Source: Basidiobolus meristosporus CBS 931.73 (Eukaryota; Fungi; Basidiobolomycota). Taken from it: DNA of 49,838 bases. The notes below the pieces were generated by a model. It made no database searches, was not told the origin of the DNA, and worked only from the letters and a program-made list of their open reading frames with translations. The stretch spans positions 1-49,838 of the forward strand of contig MCFE01000650.1 of the NCBI GenBank assembly GCA_002104905.1. The letters are read 5' to 3'. Both the position numbers and the translations under genes were made by a program. Positions 7,565 to 20,649 of this stretch are shown one piece after another. The number at the start of each line of letters is the position of its first letter. Within the stretch, counting starts at the first letter, position 1.

Positions 7565-10500
7565 AAGAAGATGGGCAGCATATTCAGAGTGATGAGAATC
7601 AGTGGCCAGCAGGATTTGCTGGTAGAGAACTTGTTTAATGAGAATTCATCAAGTGCTAAGGGAAAGGCATGGTCATACATACCTTCAAAGTAGCCCTTGC
7701 TTCTTAGCTGTTTGTAATATTTGCCATCAAATATACAGGATGTGTTTGCAATTGATTAACACTGAGTGCAGTACTTTATAGCTTTACAATATTAGTCAGA
7801 GTGCATTAGCTTCCACAGACAGGATATCACTGGAATATATCTGGAGTGTGAACAATGTTTTCCCTCAATGGTGGTATATTCCTGACAATTTGGACATGTG
7901 GCAAAGGTAATATTTTTGGACTTGAATGCCATGCAACTGTTAGCACATGCTGGAAACAGGACAGTCTCTGGGTCATATGTTGCCAGCTGCATGATGGTTG
8001 TCCACTGATACCATGTACATAATGGTAAGTTGCATCCTGGAATGATTTTTGCAAGAAGTAGTAATAAATCCTCAAGGCCCCCATTACTGATATTAGTGGA
8101 AACATGCCACTTCTCTAGCCACAACATTACATCATTCACCAGTAGATGGATTACTGGGCTCCCTTGGGCATCATATAGAATCCTTGGCATTTGTTTTGAC
8201 AGGTGTTGTCTTATTGCATATTTGGATTTGACTGGTCTCATACATGGTACTACTGTTACAGGAGATAGGCTCAAAATCCATCAGTGAACCTTTGTTTTCA
8301 GAGCTGTCACTCTGCATGCCATATTCAGAAGGCTGAGGTGAGCCAAAGGTGTCATAAGCTCACCTGACTCAGCTTACACAGGTGACAAAGATGGCCAGGT
8401 GCCTATTTTGAAGTATTAACTGGCCAGCAAGATAATGTAGGTACATTAATGACCAATGAATGGTCAAATATTACTTATGTGGCAAAACACTGGCCATGAT
8501 CCTTGTTATACTTCCTATGCTGTCTGTGTGCTTTGTGGCTCAGAGGCTTACTACCATTGCCACATGGTCTTTTTTCTCTTCTCTTACAGTGTTGAGTCAA
8601 AGTAGTCTTGTCCATAGGTCAAACAATTTGACCTTGAATAATGTAATGCTATTATATCACTTGTTGATCAAAACTCATGTCAATTTAAAACAGTCTTGTA
8701 TCTGAGACATTGCACCTACATGCATGTAACATTCAATGATAACCTGCCATAGTAAGCATTATAAACAAAGTAGTGGCACCACATACACATGTATATGTAA
8801 AACTATTTCCTTTATAGCTTGACATATATGTCGCCAAAAAATAAAGCTAAGTTGTCTGGTTCCCAGCCAAACTCCACCTCTGATGGCAGCAGAAGCATGG
8901 TTGGACAACAGCTTGGTTTGGCATTCAATGCAACAAGTGGGGCTTCATCCAAAAATGGCCATGTATCTTTGCTGCAATGAGGGAACTGAAGTAGCTCAAT
9001 GTCACAGTGAAGAATTGAGCCATTTCCCAACGTAAAAGCAGAGGAACACTGTAAAGTCTTTGAAGCATAACAACAGTGCTCTAAGATAAAGCCCACAGAA
9101 AAACCTATTGCAATGTGGGAGGGAGACCATATGGTGTTAATACCAAAGCCTGAAAGTCAAAAGACATTGAAAATCTGTGAAGCCATTGAGTGCAATAATG
9201 CGGAGTGAGCAAACATTCAAGAGGCTGTCAGAAGTCTAGCATGCCATCACCTTAAGGCCGGCATATCATGGGACCATCAGCAACTCAAGGCCAAGCAGAA
9301 TGCACTTGACTTGTTCCACATGCATTATCCTGGATTCAAACAGGCAAATGGATATTGGGCCAGCATTGGTAGGCTAAGAAAGTAACTTAAGAATAGCAGA
9401 AACTATTGAAGGCACAATAACAAGGGTGCTATGGCTAAAAGCTAGCAGCTTACTCAGGAGCCCATTACAAGCAGAGCCAAAAGCTCCAGACAAGCACTAA
9501 AGAGATGCCAGGTAGCAGGAAGAGGGCCAATCAGGGACTAGCAGGCAGACACAGATGCACCAGCACAACATTTATCAAGGAAAAAGTGTAGTACAACTCA
9601 AGAAGCACTCAGCAAGAGTAGCAGTGAAAGAACTGGCAGCGATAAAAACCAGTGGCTTTTACAGGAGCCTGTCACAACTGCAGTTGAGGGCTTGAAACAA
9701 GCAGAAATGAAACGTCAGGTTAACAGAAGAGTTCCAGCAAGGGATAAGCAAGCCAAAACAGATGCGTCAAAGCAGAATTTACCAACAAGAAGCCATTGTT
9801 CATTACCAGAAGCACTCAGACAAAGTATCAGCAAAAGACCTTGCAGTGATAAAGGAAAAGGTACAAAGTGCAGCCAGTTGAGCTACACTCCAGCAAGGTA
9901 GATGAGTTTGCAGAAAAAGGCAATTTGTCTACCACAGCCTCCACATTGTCCATTGTTGACAGAGTGGAGATCCCACTGACAGACAAGGCTACAATGTCAA
10001 GAGCTCAAAAGTCTATCACAATGCCTTCAGTGGAGTTTTGGAACATTAATAGGCACATCAAGAGGTTGCAGCACTTCTTCAAGAGCAGTGCTCAAGAAAA
10101 CGCACTTGAATGTTGCAAGGATTTATTGCAAAGACAGGCAGTTGAGTTGCTAGAACCTGCAGTGCCAGCTGAAGACTGGGACATGTGGGAACTAGTGAAT
10201 GGACAGTAGCATAAAGCTGTTGGGTTCCTGCCAAAGTAGTGGGATCAGAGTGTCACAACAGATATACTTATTGAGTGGTGGATTTTAATGCAGTTACTTG
10301 TTGAGTGTGGGGTTGGGCTTGATGTTAGTGCAGGGTATAGGGACTTGGATTGGTCAATACAATTGGTAATTGAGGTACAACTGAAGTTTAAACAGAAATA
10401 AATCAATTTGTAAGCATGAAAAGTAAAGAAACGGTAAAGTCAGGAAGTAAGGAGTGTAAGAACAAGGCAATAGCCAATCAATGCACACAAGCATAGGAGG

Positions 10501-10730
10501 TGATAGAGTGACCAGGATCAGAAAGTGGGCAAATGGGCAGGGAACCAATCAAAAGCCACTTATACATTGTTGTGATGAAAAATTTTTTCTAATTTTTTGT
10601 GGAATTTGGGGTGAGATTATTTTTCAACAGTGTCAGGATGGTGTCCTAATGGGATCAGTACCTCTTAGTCACAGGACTTTAACTTTGTGATGGCCTTTTG
10701 ATGGGATCATTGCAATTATTTTTCATAGGG
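7565..10730 (-). mobile_element. CACTA/EnSpm-like transposon copy: transposase 5' half on minus, ORF2 on plus, intact ORF2-side terminus
   Basis: ORF 7792-8274 (ACANSCMAF...CPNC) matches the 34975-35343 copy. 8750-10330 matches ORF2 of the 32226-34324 copy. The terminus reads ...ATTATTTTTCATAGGG at 10730. Confidence 0.8.
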
Positions 10731-12074
10731 ATGAATGGAAGAATGCTATGCAGCAAATCCAGATCCAACAGCTGAAGGTACTCCAGATCTTTAGCCTACA
10801 GCAACAAGGAATGACTACCATGGCCCAGAGCTCTTCCTGATTGAAGAAGCTCTGAAGGCTAAGGGAATTGATCCAGTAAGCATGATGCATTATGCAGCTT
10901 CTTACTGAGCAGATGCAGCCTTACAGCGGTACTTCAGCAAAATTATATCAGCCAACATGATGGGATGCTCTACAATCTCTACCTGGGATGAGTTTGTGTT
11001 GGAAATTTAGGATGCTTCAGAACCCCCACACCAGCAAACACTACTAAAAAGAAAGCAAATGAGACTCAGATAGAAAGAAAGGGTTCAAGAGTTCACCTAT
11101 CAATATAGGTGTCTACTTGGACAAATTGAAAAATGGACTCCATGGATCAAGTTGAACATTATATTAGTGGCTCAAAACAAAGAACTTTCAGAAAGTGAAT
11201 TATCAAAGACCTCAGACTATTGAAGAAGCCATCAAGATTGCCATTGTTTATGACTTGGCTATGCTTGGAGTTGGGAGGCCCACAATGACTATTGAGAGAA
11301 GCTATAATCACTATGAAAGAAGACAATCAGAAACAAAACCAAAGGAAGTATATGCTTTGTAGAAGAATTCTACATCAGAAGAATGTAAGAAGAAAGGACT
11401 TTGTTTTATTTACCGCCAGCAGGCACATATTGCAAAGAACTCCCCTCAGAGAAGAAATGAACACTAGTCAACAAAAACCTTCTACCATATTGAGGCCATG
11501 AAGCAGAGTAACATGGAGGATGAACTTGAAGAAGACTCAACACTCTCCTTCCATATGACAGAAGAATGCCTATCCCTATGACCTCAAGTTTGGGAAAGCC
11601 AGTATACTTGAATGGAGTAAATAATGGAGTACCTACCAAGATCATTATTGACTCAGGAACATCACAATGAGTACATGTCAGAGCAATTAGCCTTAATTGG
11701 GAGAATGACCTTATAACCCACCAAAACAACTTCAGTCTCAACAGCTGATGGGAACTCTTTCATAATCTGCCATATTACTCAGCCAGTAAGAATAAAGATC
11801 CACAACTATGAGGGAGACCTACAGGCTTATATATCTGGGAATGGCAAGTTTGATCTTGCCCTTGGGAAAACCTGGCTATTTTGTTGTAATCCATCAATCA
11901 ACAGGAGAACCAATGCTACTCAGATCCAGAAGGACAACAGGACCTAAGAGTTATTACATGCCTCACTGGACTTCAACTTGGTCAAATCCAGTGTGTGTTA
12001 AACAAGACAACTTAGCACTACATAGCACTGTAGAGCACTTGGAAAAGATATCTAGATGTTAATCATGGCAGTAT

Positions 12075-12443
12075 TGTTTCAAGTCTTGGTCTAAGAGTTG
12101 TAGAGGAATACGGAGTTTAGCTAGTATTGTATTCACTAAAACTTGTACTGATTCTTATTAAGGATCCGGCAGCTACTTATATACCTTTTGCCAGATCAAT
12201 TGCTGACTAATTGCATTTCCCAATGTAGGTTGTGGCTGATGACTCATTTGATTGCATTATCATCACCCAATACAATCCTACTTAATATATTGATCCTTGT
12301 CTGATAAGGATCTGCTGATTCATTTGCTGACTAATGCAACTGCTTTGATAGATAACACTGATATACTGATAGGCTAAGCATAAAACAAATTGATTTTATT
12401 AAAAGCTGATCTATATTAAAACTTGAAGCGGTAGATCCTAACA
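12075..12443 (-). repeat. G2 solo LTR, antisense, inserted in G2 copy A
   Basis: Reverse complement of the 368-bp G2 LTR, flanked by GTAT/GCAT. Intact copy B has a single GTAT at this site. Confidence 0.9.
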
Positions 12444-13149
12444 GCATTATAGGAGGATGCCTCTACTCTGGCATCCCAGGGGACCCAGACTATATTGAAG
12501 GAATACTCAGACATGTTTCCAGATTAACTTGTAAGCCTACCACTGGTCAGAGACATGCATTATGCCATTGACACAGGATAGAGCCCTCCAGTGAGTAAGA
12601 TACCTCACAGAATGAGTCCATTGGAGCTGGAAGAGATAAAGAGATAAATAGATCTGTTATTGGAGCCAGGATATATCAGTCTTGGAAGGTCACCTTGCGG
12701 AGCACCAGGTACTCTTTGTGAAAAAAGAAGGATGGAACACTCAGCATATGCATTTAATGCGGAGCCCTCAGCTCAGTTAGCATGAAGAATACATACTCTA
12801 AGCCTTGGATTGATGAGCTTTTGGACCAACATAATGGAGCCACTTTATTCAGCAAGATTGGCTTCATGTTTGGATACAACCAGATTAGGGTAAAACCGGA
12901 AGATATCTCTAAGACAGCATTCAGGATTATTCCTTGGAATGATTTCCAGTTAATGGAGACTTATCAAGTCCTTTGCAAGTGTTACAGCCCCTTTAATTGA
13001 TATTCTCTAGAAAGACAACAGCTTAAGGTGGGACATAGCATGTGAGACTACCTTTCAGACATTCAAGAACAAACTTGCTAAGCTGCCAAGCCTAAGAATC
13101 CCAAACTTCAGAAAAGAGTTTACACTGTGCACAGATGCTTCAGACTATG

Positions 13150-13894
13150 CTTATCCATATTTTATCTTATCAGTATTATCCCATTCTTCTTTTGCCCATA
13201 TTGTCAGTATTTTCCCCATATGATGTTTACCCTGATTAGTTATTGGCATTAGTTATCCCAGATATTATTCAGCTTTGTGATCAGTATAAGTATCTACATT
13301 AGGCAAGTACCTGTGTCAGTACCCATGACACATGACCTAGGTCTGTGTTACCATCCCTACCGTTTCAATACCATATATGGTATCTCTATGTTGCACAGGT
13401 TTCAGACTACTGATTCCTGATTGGTTGGATGTGCTGTGCCTTTTAGAACCTTCCAGGACATTCTTGGCATATTTTTAGCTCATAGTGATGTCATCACAAA
13501 TTCCACTGATGCCTGGAATATTCTAGAACCTTGTCATTAGTAATCACTTGGCAATCAGGAAAAGTATTTAACGGAAAGCAATCCCTCATCAATAAATCAT
13601 CCCTTCTATGAGTAACACTTCTACCTTATTGATTAGCAGTTGATCATTGTGCCTGCCTTCAATAGTACATCTCAGATCTGCCATCAAAGAGCTTTTCAGG
13701 GTAGTGCACACAACACACAGAGGCCTTTGGAGACACTTGGAGCACCTAGGAAGCTAGAGAAGCAGGAGCTTTTACCAAAGTGACATATTAACAAAGATAC
13801 CAGCAGTTTAGACCCAGAGGTATTGAACCCATCAGACACCTCACACATCTTGAGTTGTGTAGCTTCTCCCAGGAGTACCTACTACACTACCACA
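13150..13894 (+). repeat. G3 solo LTR, missing ~57 bp at its 5' end, inserted in RNase H of G2 copy A
   Basis: Homologous to the reverse complement of 37032-37835 and ends ...ACTACCACA. The host DASDYA|IGGVL motif is split by it. Confidence 0.88.
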
Positions 13895-15274
13895 CTGGTG
13901 GGGTACTGAGCCAAGAACATAAAGGCAAGGACTACTCAATTGCTCTTGAATCCAAGAAATTGACCTCAGCAGAACAAGACTGTCCATTGCATGCAAGGGA
14001 GATGCTTGCCATAATATACTGCTTGAAGACCTGGTGACATTATACTGAAGGCATCTAGTGCACTGTGAAGACTGGTCATGCCTCACTCAAGTACATATTT
14101 ACTCAGAAGGTACCATCCAGATGCACAACAAGATAGAGTGAATATGTTCAGTAATTTACTTGTAGATTATCTACTGCACTGGGGAAAACAACATGGTGCT
14201 CATGCCTTATAATGACTAGAACAAGTTGCACAACTCAACCTGGTGCATGACACAGATTGTCATAGTTTGTTACCAAAGTCCTTGTAGGACCAAGCCATTC
14301 CTAATGAGGTGGATGAAGAGATCAAGAAAATAATACAGCATGAAGCCAGCAAATTTGTGGTATAGGATCAAATACTCTACCAAGTTGCTGATGAAAGCCC
14401 TATTGCTCATTGCCGTTATGTTACTTGCCTGGACTAGATACATGAGCTACACAATGGAGGCGGGCTTCTTGGAATGACAGAAGAACTCACACAATCAAAG
14501 CCTACAGACACCTTAGAAAATGAGCTTAGTCAGCCAAGTAGACACCAGCAGCTGGGACAAAGATGTTAAGAGGCACAGGCTAAAGAATCACAAAGTGCTG
14601 AAAATCTGAAGCACAGATTTGAGAAGACCTTATCACTGAAGGCATTGACAGTTGGGAACTTTGTATTAATGAAAAACAACACTTGGATGAAGTTTGAGTC
14701 ACAATGTACGGAACCTTGTGAGATCATTTGATAATATCCATTACAACTGACCAGTTAGTGGACTAACAAGGGAATATCCAGGAAGATTTAGCTCATAGAG
14801 ATAGACTCAAGCTTGCGCAACATGCTGACAATACCAAACCATCAAGATATTAGTGTCTCAAGAAAAAAGATTCAGGAGAACCCTCTCAACTTTATTAGGG
14901 GAGAATGTTATGATCAACTTCATGAAAGTTTAAGTTAGAACAGTTTTTAGTTTAATCAACTGGTTTTATGTTAAGCATATCAATAAATCAGTGTGATCTA
15001 TCAAATCAGTGGTATTAGTCAGCGGATTAATCAGCACAACCTTATCAGACCAAAGTAGATATATTAAGTAGGATAATATTGAGTGATGATGATGCAATCA
15101 AATGACTCAACAGCCACACCCTACGCTAGGAATTACAATTAGTCAGTGATTGATGTGGCAAATGTAAACAAGGAGCTGCTGGAGTCTCTATAAGAATCAG
15201 TTCAAGCTTTAGTGAATACAATACTAGCTAAGATCCCTGTTCCTCTTCAGCTCTGATGTCAAGACTTGTAACAA

Positions 15275-15365
15275 GATAATATCAATATACTGATAGGATA
15301 GCCATTATGCTAACTGATTGACCAAAAACTGATCTAAACCTAGACATTTAAGTATCAGATAATAA
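15275..15365 (-). repeat. G2 LTR fragment (5' end, antisense)
   Basis: ATACTGATAGG...AAAAACTGATCTAAAC resembles the reverse complement of 23699-23790. Confidence 0.55.
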
Positions 15366-15939
15366 TAAAGCACTAGTCATTATTCACACTTGGTGTGCTC
15401 TGACCCCAACTAAGACATTTCTCTTAAACTTGGGAGCAAGAAGGAGATATTGGTATATAAACTCACCTTTTATCAGTTCCAGTGCTCTACATGCATCAGT
15501 ATCATTGGGCTTTCAAAGTATGTGGCTCCAGAGAAGCTCTGTACTAATGTTGGTATCTTCTACCAGCTTCATGGCTTTCATATTTGAATAAATGTCATAA
15601 CATAGTGTCCTATGAGACATGTATCTACCTGTGTGAGTTGAAAATTTTGCTAACATTCCAGATAGACTCTATTAACATCCCATCCAAAGTAGCTCATACA
15701 GTCCAGTACGTATTAATACACTGCAATTATTGGCCTTAGTATCAGCTAATCTTAAATATCCACAGTATAAGTGATAGCAATCATTTCATATGGTTGAGAA
15801 GCAAGTGCTATAGTAAATGTATGTAGTACCTGTTAAACTATTGAACTATTTCAGATTGTACAGCAGCTAAAGGCTTACATAGCCGCTCTAGCTTATTTTT
15901 GGTAGTTAAAAGCTCTGATAAAAGAGCTGAAGAGTAATA

Positions 15940-16075
15940 AGGAGTTTAGCAAGTATTATATTCATTAAAACTTGAACTGATTTTTACTTAGGTTCCAGCA
16001 GCTCCTTATGTACATTTTGTCAGATCAATTGCTGATTAATTGTATTTCCTGATGTAAGTTGTGGTAATGATGTAC
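15940..16075 (-). repeat. G2 LTR fragment (3' half, antisense)
   Basis: AAAACTTGAACTGATTTTT...GGTTCCAGCAGCTCCTTAT...CAGATCAATTGCTGA matches the reverse complement of the G2 LTR. Confidence 0.75.
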
Positions 16076-16556
16076 ATAATTCAGGAAAATCCAAAACCTG
16101 TCCAAATGTGCTGGAACCTGGCACATGAACTCCTGAGACCCCCCAACAATGATCAAAGAGCTATTCTTTTGTAGTGCTGCAACAAGTATAAATAACATGT
16201 TGCAACTCAGTAATACCACAGGTGAATATCATTTAAAGCATCAATTTTCCATATCATTTCCAGTATGTCTCTGTACCATTTCAGCAGACCTGTGGTGTCC
16301 TAATGGTAGTTGATGGTGTCAATCTGGCAAAGAACTTTGAATAATGGTACTCAAAAATTTGTGCCATAGTTAGTTCAATGAATTTGGGTATTTCAATAAG
16401 GCAAACAAGCTTTGATATGACTCATACAATAATGGTAGCATACTTCTCTGGGAGAGCATTGATGATGACAGGATATGTGTAGACATACACAATTACAAAG
16501 AAGTAGTTGGCACAATTGTCATTAGCAGTGAGGTGTTCTTCTAGATTGGTTGCAAT

Positions 16557-17900
16557 TTGTATGCTAACAATTTGGTCCTGCAGGTGGATATAAGCTGGAT
16601 CAGCCACCAGGGTCCTACAAAGAGGCTGTCAAAATCTCACCAGTTTGCAACTATTGTCCCTTTACATATTCCTATATTAGGATCATGACCCATTTTGCTG
16701 GGATTATTGCAAAATATTACTTAAAACTGACATTGTTGCAATGGTCTTTTGGTAAGAATTGCACAACACCTTGAGGTCTACATTTGAACAAGTCAGCTTA
16801 GCTGGCCAATATATTGAATTGGCAAAAACTACCTGTTGTAATTCTTCTCCCTGCTGGATTCTAGTCTCCCTTATGAGTGTGCTCTGGTTCTTGTTTGTGT
16901 GATTCAATGTTGAATGGCATAGCAATTGACTTGTAGGCAGGAGAAATGTGGTATACTTTAGCATGTTGTTCTAGTAAAAACTAAGGTTCTTGTTGTTTTT
17001 AACACAACCTAGCATTACTTAACTGACTTCCCACTCATTAGGTCTGCTATGCATATTAATGCCAACAGCACAGGTGTCTTCATGTGCACATCTGTCCTCA
17101 GTGCTTTCCAGCTCTTTCTGAGTGTCCTGCATGTGCCCACTGATTAAGGCCATGATGGAATTGAAGGTTATTTTCTAGAAGAGATTAGGATTTGATATTG
17201 TATGCAACTTGACTTGTCTTAATAACTTCTGACACATATGTTCTCTGCAAAACTCCAACAAGGTCAGCAAGACCCAATGTTCACCACACAGCTTGCATGA
17301 TGGAGAAGAAAGTAGATAAAGTAATGGCAGAGATCTACATGCTCAGCAATATGCTTATAGTAGGGCTGCTCAAATCCCATAACAAACTCTGCCCATAAAA
17401 GCTGCAGATACACTAAATTGGCCTTGGTGGTGCTTCTGATAACTATTCAAGCAATGTTAGCATACGACTACCAGTGCTTCCTATTTATTCTGGGTCAAAA
17501 TGGCTTCAGTAGGCCACTTGAATAGATACAAATCAGCTTATCCAGTCCTTGCATTTGTATAGTTGCATGTACATATCAATATTAATTGCAGCATGTGCAA
17601 AGTGCTTTGGGTTGCCAATACTTGGTATAACCTTACCAATTTTTTCCGACTTCTCTGATTTCTCATTGCCTAGATCTGCCACATTTAACATCAATACTGT
17701 CTATTCTCACCATAAAAGCTGGACATCCTGCTGCAGGCTGGTACACCTCCAATGCAAATAATATTATGAGCTCTGGCATGATAGTCACTTACCAGTATTC
17801 TGCTGGAGGGTATAAGAGATTCATCCAGCAAAAGATACTGGTGGCTCTCCAGGTTAGATGGTGATCTGGGCTTAGATACCAATAAGTCCATCATCTGGAT
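16557..17900 (-). mobile_element. CACTA-like fragment: transposase-side terminus and transposase 3' half (degenerate)
   Basis: TATGCTAACAATTTGGTCCTGCAGGTGGAT is a decayed match to the reverse complement of the 41190-41223 terminus. ORF 17691-17894 (LLVSKPRSPSNLESHQYLLLDE...ICIGGVPA) parallels 35512-35721. Confidence 0.75.
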
Positions 17901-17911
17901 TTGGCATAATG

Positions 17912-19200
17912 ATCAATGAAACATAATTGCAATGATCCTATCAAAAGGCAGTAGCAAAACTAAAATCATGTGACTAACAGGTAAATATTGCATCAGGACA
18001 CAGTGCAAGTACCAAAAAAAAGTTTGTATTCTAGATTTCACAAAAAACCTGGGTAAAAATTATCATCACAGCAAAACACAAGTAGTATTAATGGTTCTCT
18101 GCTAAGTCTCTCACTTTCTAATTCTGGACACTTAATCACCTCCTTCATATGTGTTTATTGAATGACTACTGCCTGCTTTACACACTCCTTGCTTCCTAAC
18201 TCAACCAATGTGCCTACTTCTCAGGTATACAATTGGTGAATTTCCATTGAAGCTTGTACCTCAATTGCCAGCTGTACTGACCTATAAAAGTCCCGTTACC
18301 CATTTCTAGCATTATGTCCAGCCCCACACTTAACAAGTAAATCCATCAAAGTCCACCATTCAATGAGCATTTCAGCTGTAACCCTCTTTATCATAAAATC
18401 AACAAGTACCCTACAGCTTAATTTCCTTATTAACTCACTGGTTCCCGTAAGTCCTGGTCTTCAGCTTGCACTGTAAGGTCTAGCACCTCATCTGCAAGTC
18501 CTTGCAATAAGTCCATGCAATAATTAAGTGCATTGTGTTGATTACAACTCTTGAAGAAGTGCTGTAACCTCTTTGTGTGCCATTTAATTTTTCAAACTCC
18601 ACTGTAGGTATTCAAATAGTCTATTAAGTTCTTAACATTGTGGCTTTGTCTATCAGTGGGATCTGCACTGTATTGGCAATGGAGGATATGGAAGCAGTGG
18701 TAGGCAAATTGCATCTCAATAAGTTCAGCACTTCATCTGCCAGTCCTTGCAGTAAATCCTTGCAAAACTTAAATGAATATGCTTGGGCATGGCTCTTGAA
18801 AAGTGCTGCAACCTCTTGGCAAGCATACCAGTGTTCCAAAATCCAACTGTAGATATTGTGATAGACTTTGAAGTTCTTCAGGTTGGTGCTTAGTATGTTA
18901 GTGGAACTCCTACTCTGTCTACAGTGGAGGTCAAGGAGACAGTGGTAGACAAATTGCCTTTATCTGCAATCTTATCAATTATGCTGGAGAGTAGCTTAAC
19001 TGGTGGCAGCTAACCCTGGGGCATCAGATTTTGCTTGCTTGTCCCCTACCAGCACTCTCCTGGCAAACTAGCATTCCTTTGCCACTTGTTTGAGCGTTGG
19101 GTCCTGCTTGCCATGGTCACCTGAGAAAGCAGCAGGCTTTTATAACTATCAGGTCCTTCACTGCTGCTTATATTAAGTGCTTTCTGTGTGGACCAACATT
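17912..19200 (-). mobile_element. CACTA-like fragment: ORF2-side terminus and ORF2 3' half
   Basis: ATGAAACATAATTGCAATGATCCTATCAAAAGGC matches the terminus. ORF 18624-18839 (FKSHAQAYSFKFCKDLLQGLADEVL) matches ORF2. Confidence 0.75.
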
Positions 19201-19211
19201 TTCCTTAACCA

Positions 19212-20450
19212 CCCTTCAAAAATTATTTTGGTTCCACACATGAATCCATTCAAAATCAGCCATCAGGATCCCACCATGAGTCAGGCTTAATGCCAGCAGC
19301 TTGGTAGTTTTAACCTTCTACACAATTTTATGATGGTGTTTTGACATTCTTTGATAATTAATGCATGGTATTTTAGCAGTCTTGACGCACTATACATTGA
19401 TTTGAGCAGACCAAACTTGCCAATACATCCAACTACCTTATGGGGCAAGAAATAAGATGGTGATCCAACAGCCTTATTCCAAACCTCAGTTGGCATTGTT
19501 ATGGCAGTACAACAGCCTACAGCTAGTTTTGTATAATGCTACCATACTAATATACCAGATGGTACTTCCTTTTTCTACCTCTCCTTGCACCATTCTTATT
19601 ACTACTGTAGAGTTGCTCTTACTTATTTGTTTACCTACTACTACTGTGGGTATTTTACATATTGTATGAATCAAATAAAATTCTGACCCCCTGCTTACTA
19701 ATCTCTACAGGAGTGAACACCTGCTGTAATTGACACACATCTATCACCTCAACTTTATTGCTTTTTAGAATCATACTTACACAGTTGCCATATATCTTGT
19801 ATTGCTGGTAACATACATATCTTGCAAGTATATGCTTGGTTGCACCACATTTGCCATGAATATGTTCTGAATATCTGCCAAGAGCCTCTTAGTACTTAAC
19901 AAATATATTCCTTCTCCCTGTTGCATAATATTCCCCCTTATAGAGGAGCTCTTGCTCTTGTTTGCATGTATTCCATATTGAAAGGTGTGAAAACTGGCTT
20001 GTGACCAAGGGAAACCCAGCATTGCTTGGTAAATCTGTAGTATTCTTGCTTAGTTACTTCTTGTGCCCAACCCAGCTATGTTTTACTTAACTGACTACCC
20101 ACACATTGAGACTGCTTAACTTCTTAATACCGGAGACCTAGATGTCTCTGTGAGCACATCTGTCCTCAGAATTTTCCAACTTTCCCTGGCTGTCATTTAT
20201 GATGGGCTTTGAAGGTGGTATTCTTGATGAGAGTGGGATATGGTTTTACATGCAACTTGACATGTCTTACTATCTCCACACATGTCCACTCTATAGGAAA
20301 CTTCCAAAAGGTGAAGCAAGGAGCAATATTCTTGACATACCAAGTAAGATGGAGCAGAGAATGGATACAGTGGCAGTCAGAGAGCCATGCATTCAGCTTT
20401 AAGCTTATGGTATAGTTGCTGAAATCCTGTTGCAAACTCCTTGCATGGAA
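19212..20450 (-). mobile_element. CACTA-like fragment: transposase-side terminus and transposase C-terminal region
   Basis: CCCTTCAAAAATTATTTTGG is a decayed TIR at 19212. ORF 20193-20435 (LHLTWYVKNIAPCFTFWKFPIEW) parallels 36150-36638. The fragment provides the empty-site homologue of the 37032-40648 insertion. Confidence 0.75.
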
Positions 20451-20649
20451 GCTCTAGATGCATCAAGTTGGCATCGGTAAGTTCCATTTGATTCAGGTGC
20501 TTTATAAAATGTCTTGTGAAGCAAGCAATCAATGATTTGGAAGCCCAAAGAACTTATGAAGAACTGTCAACATAGCTTGAAAGTAGTATGCCTGAATGAA
20601 ACACCTTAATGCTTCAGCCATCAGAGCTTGCCAGGGCAGGATCTGGCAA

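Larger units (their letters stand above)
10731..15273 (+). mobile_element. Degenerate, 5'-truncated gypsy G2 copy A with integrase-core deletion and 3' LTR at 14906-15273
   Basis: Colinear with 24135-28636 (gag GAATGGAAGAATGC..., RT CCTTGGATTGATGAGCTTTT, PPT AGGGGAGAA, LTR TGTTATGATC...TTGTAACA). Many stops and two nested solo LTRs. Confidence 0.9.

Noticed and set aside
16090-16540. Possible copia integrase relic on the minus strand (RTPQ..NG-like)
   Set aside because: Too degenerate to support by eye; left unannotated.
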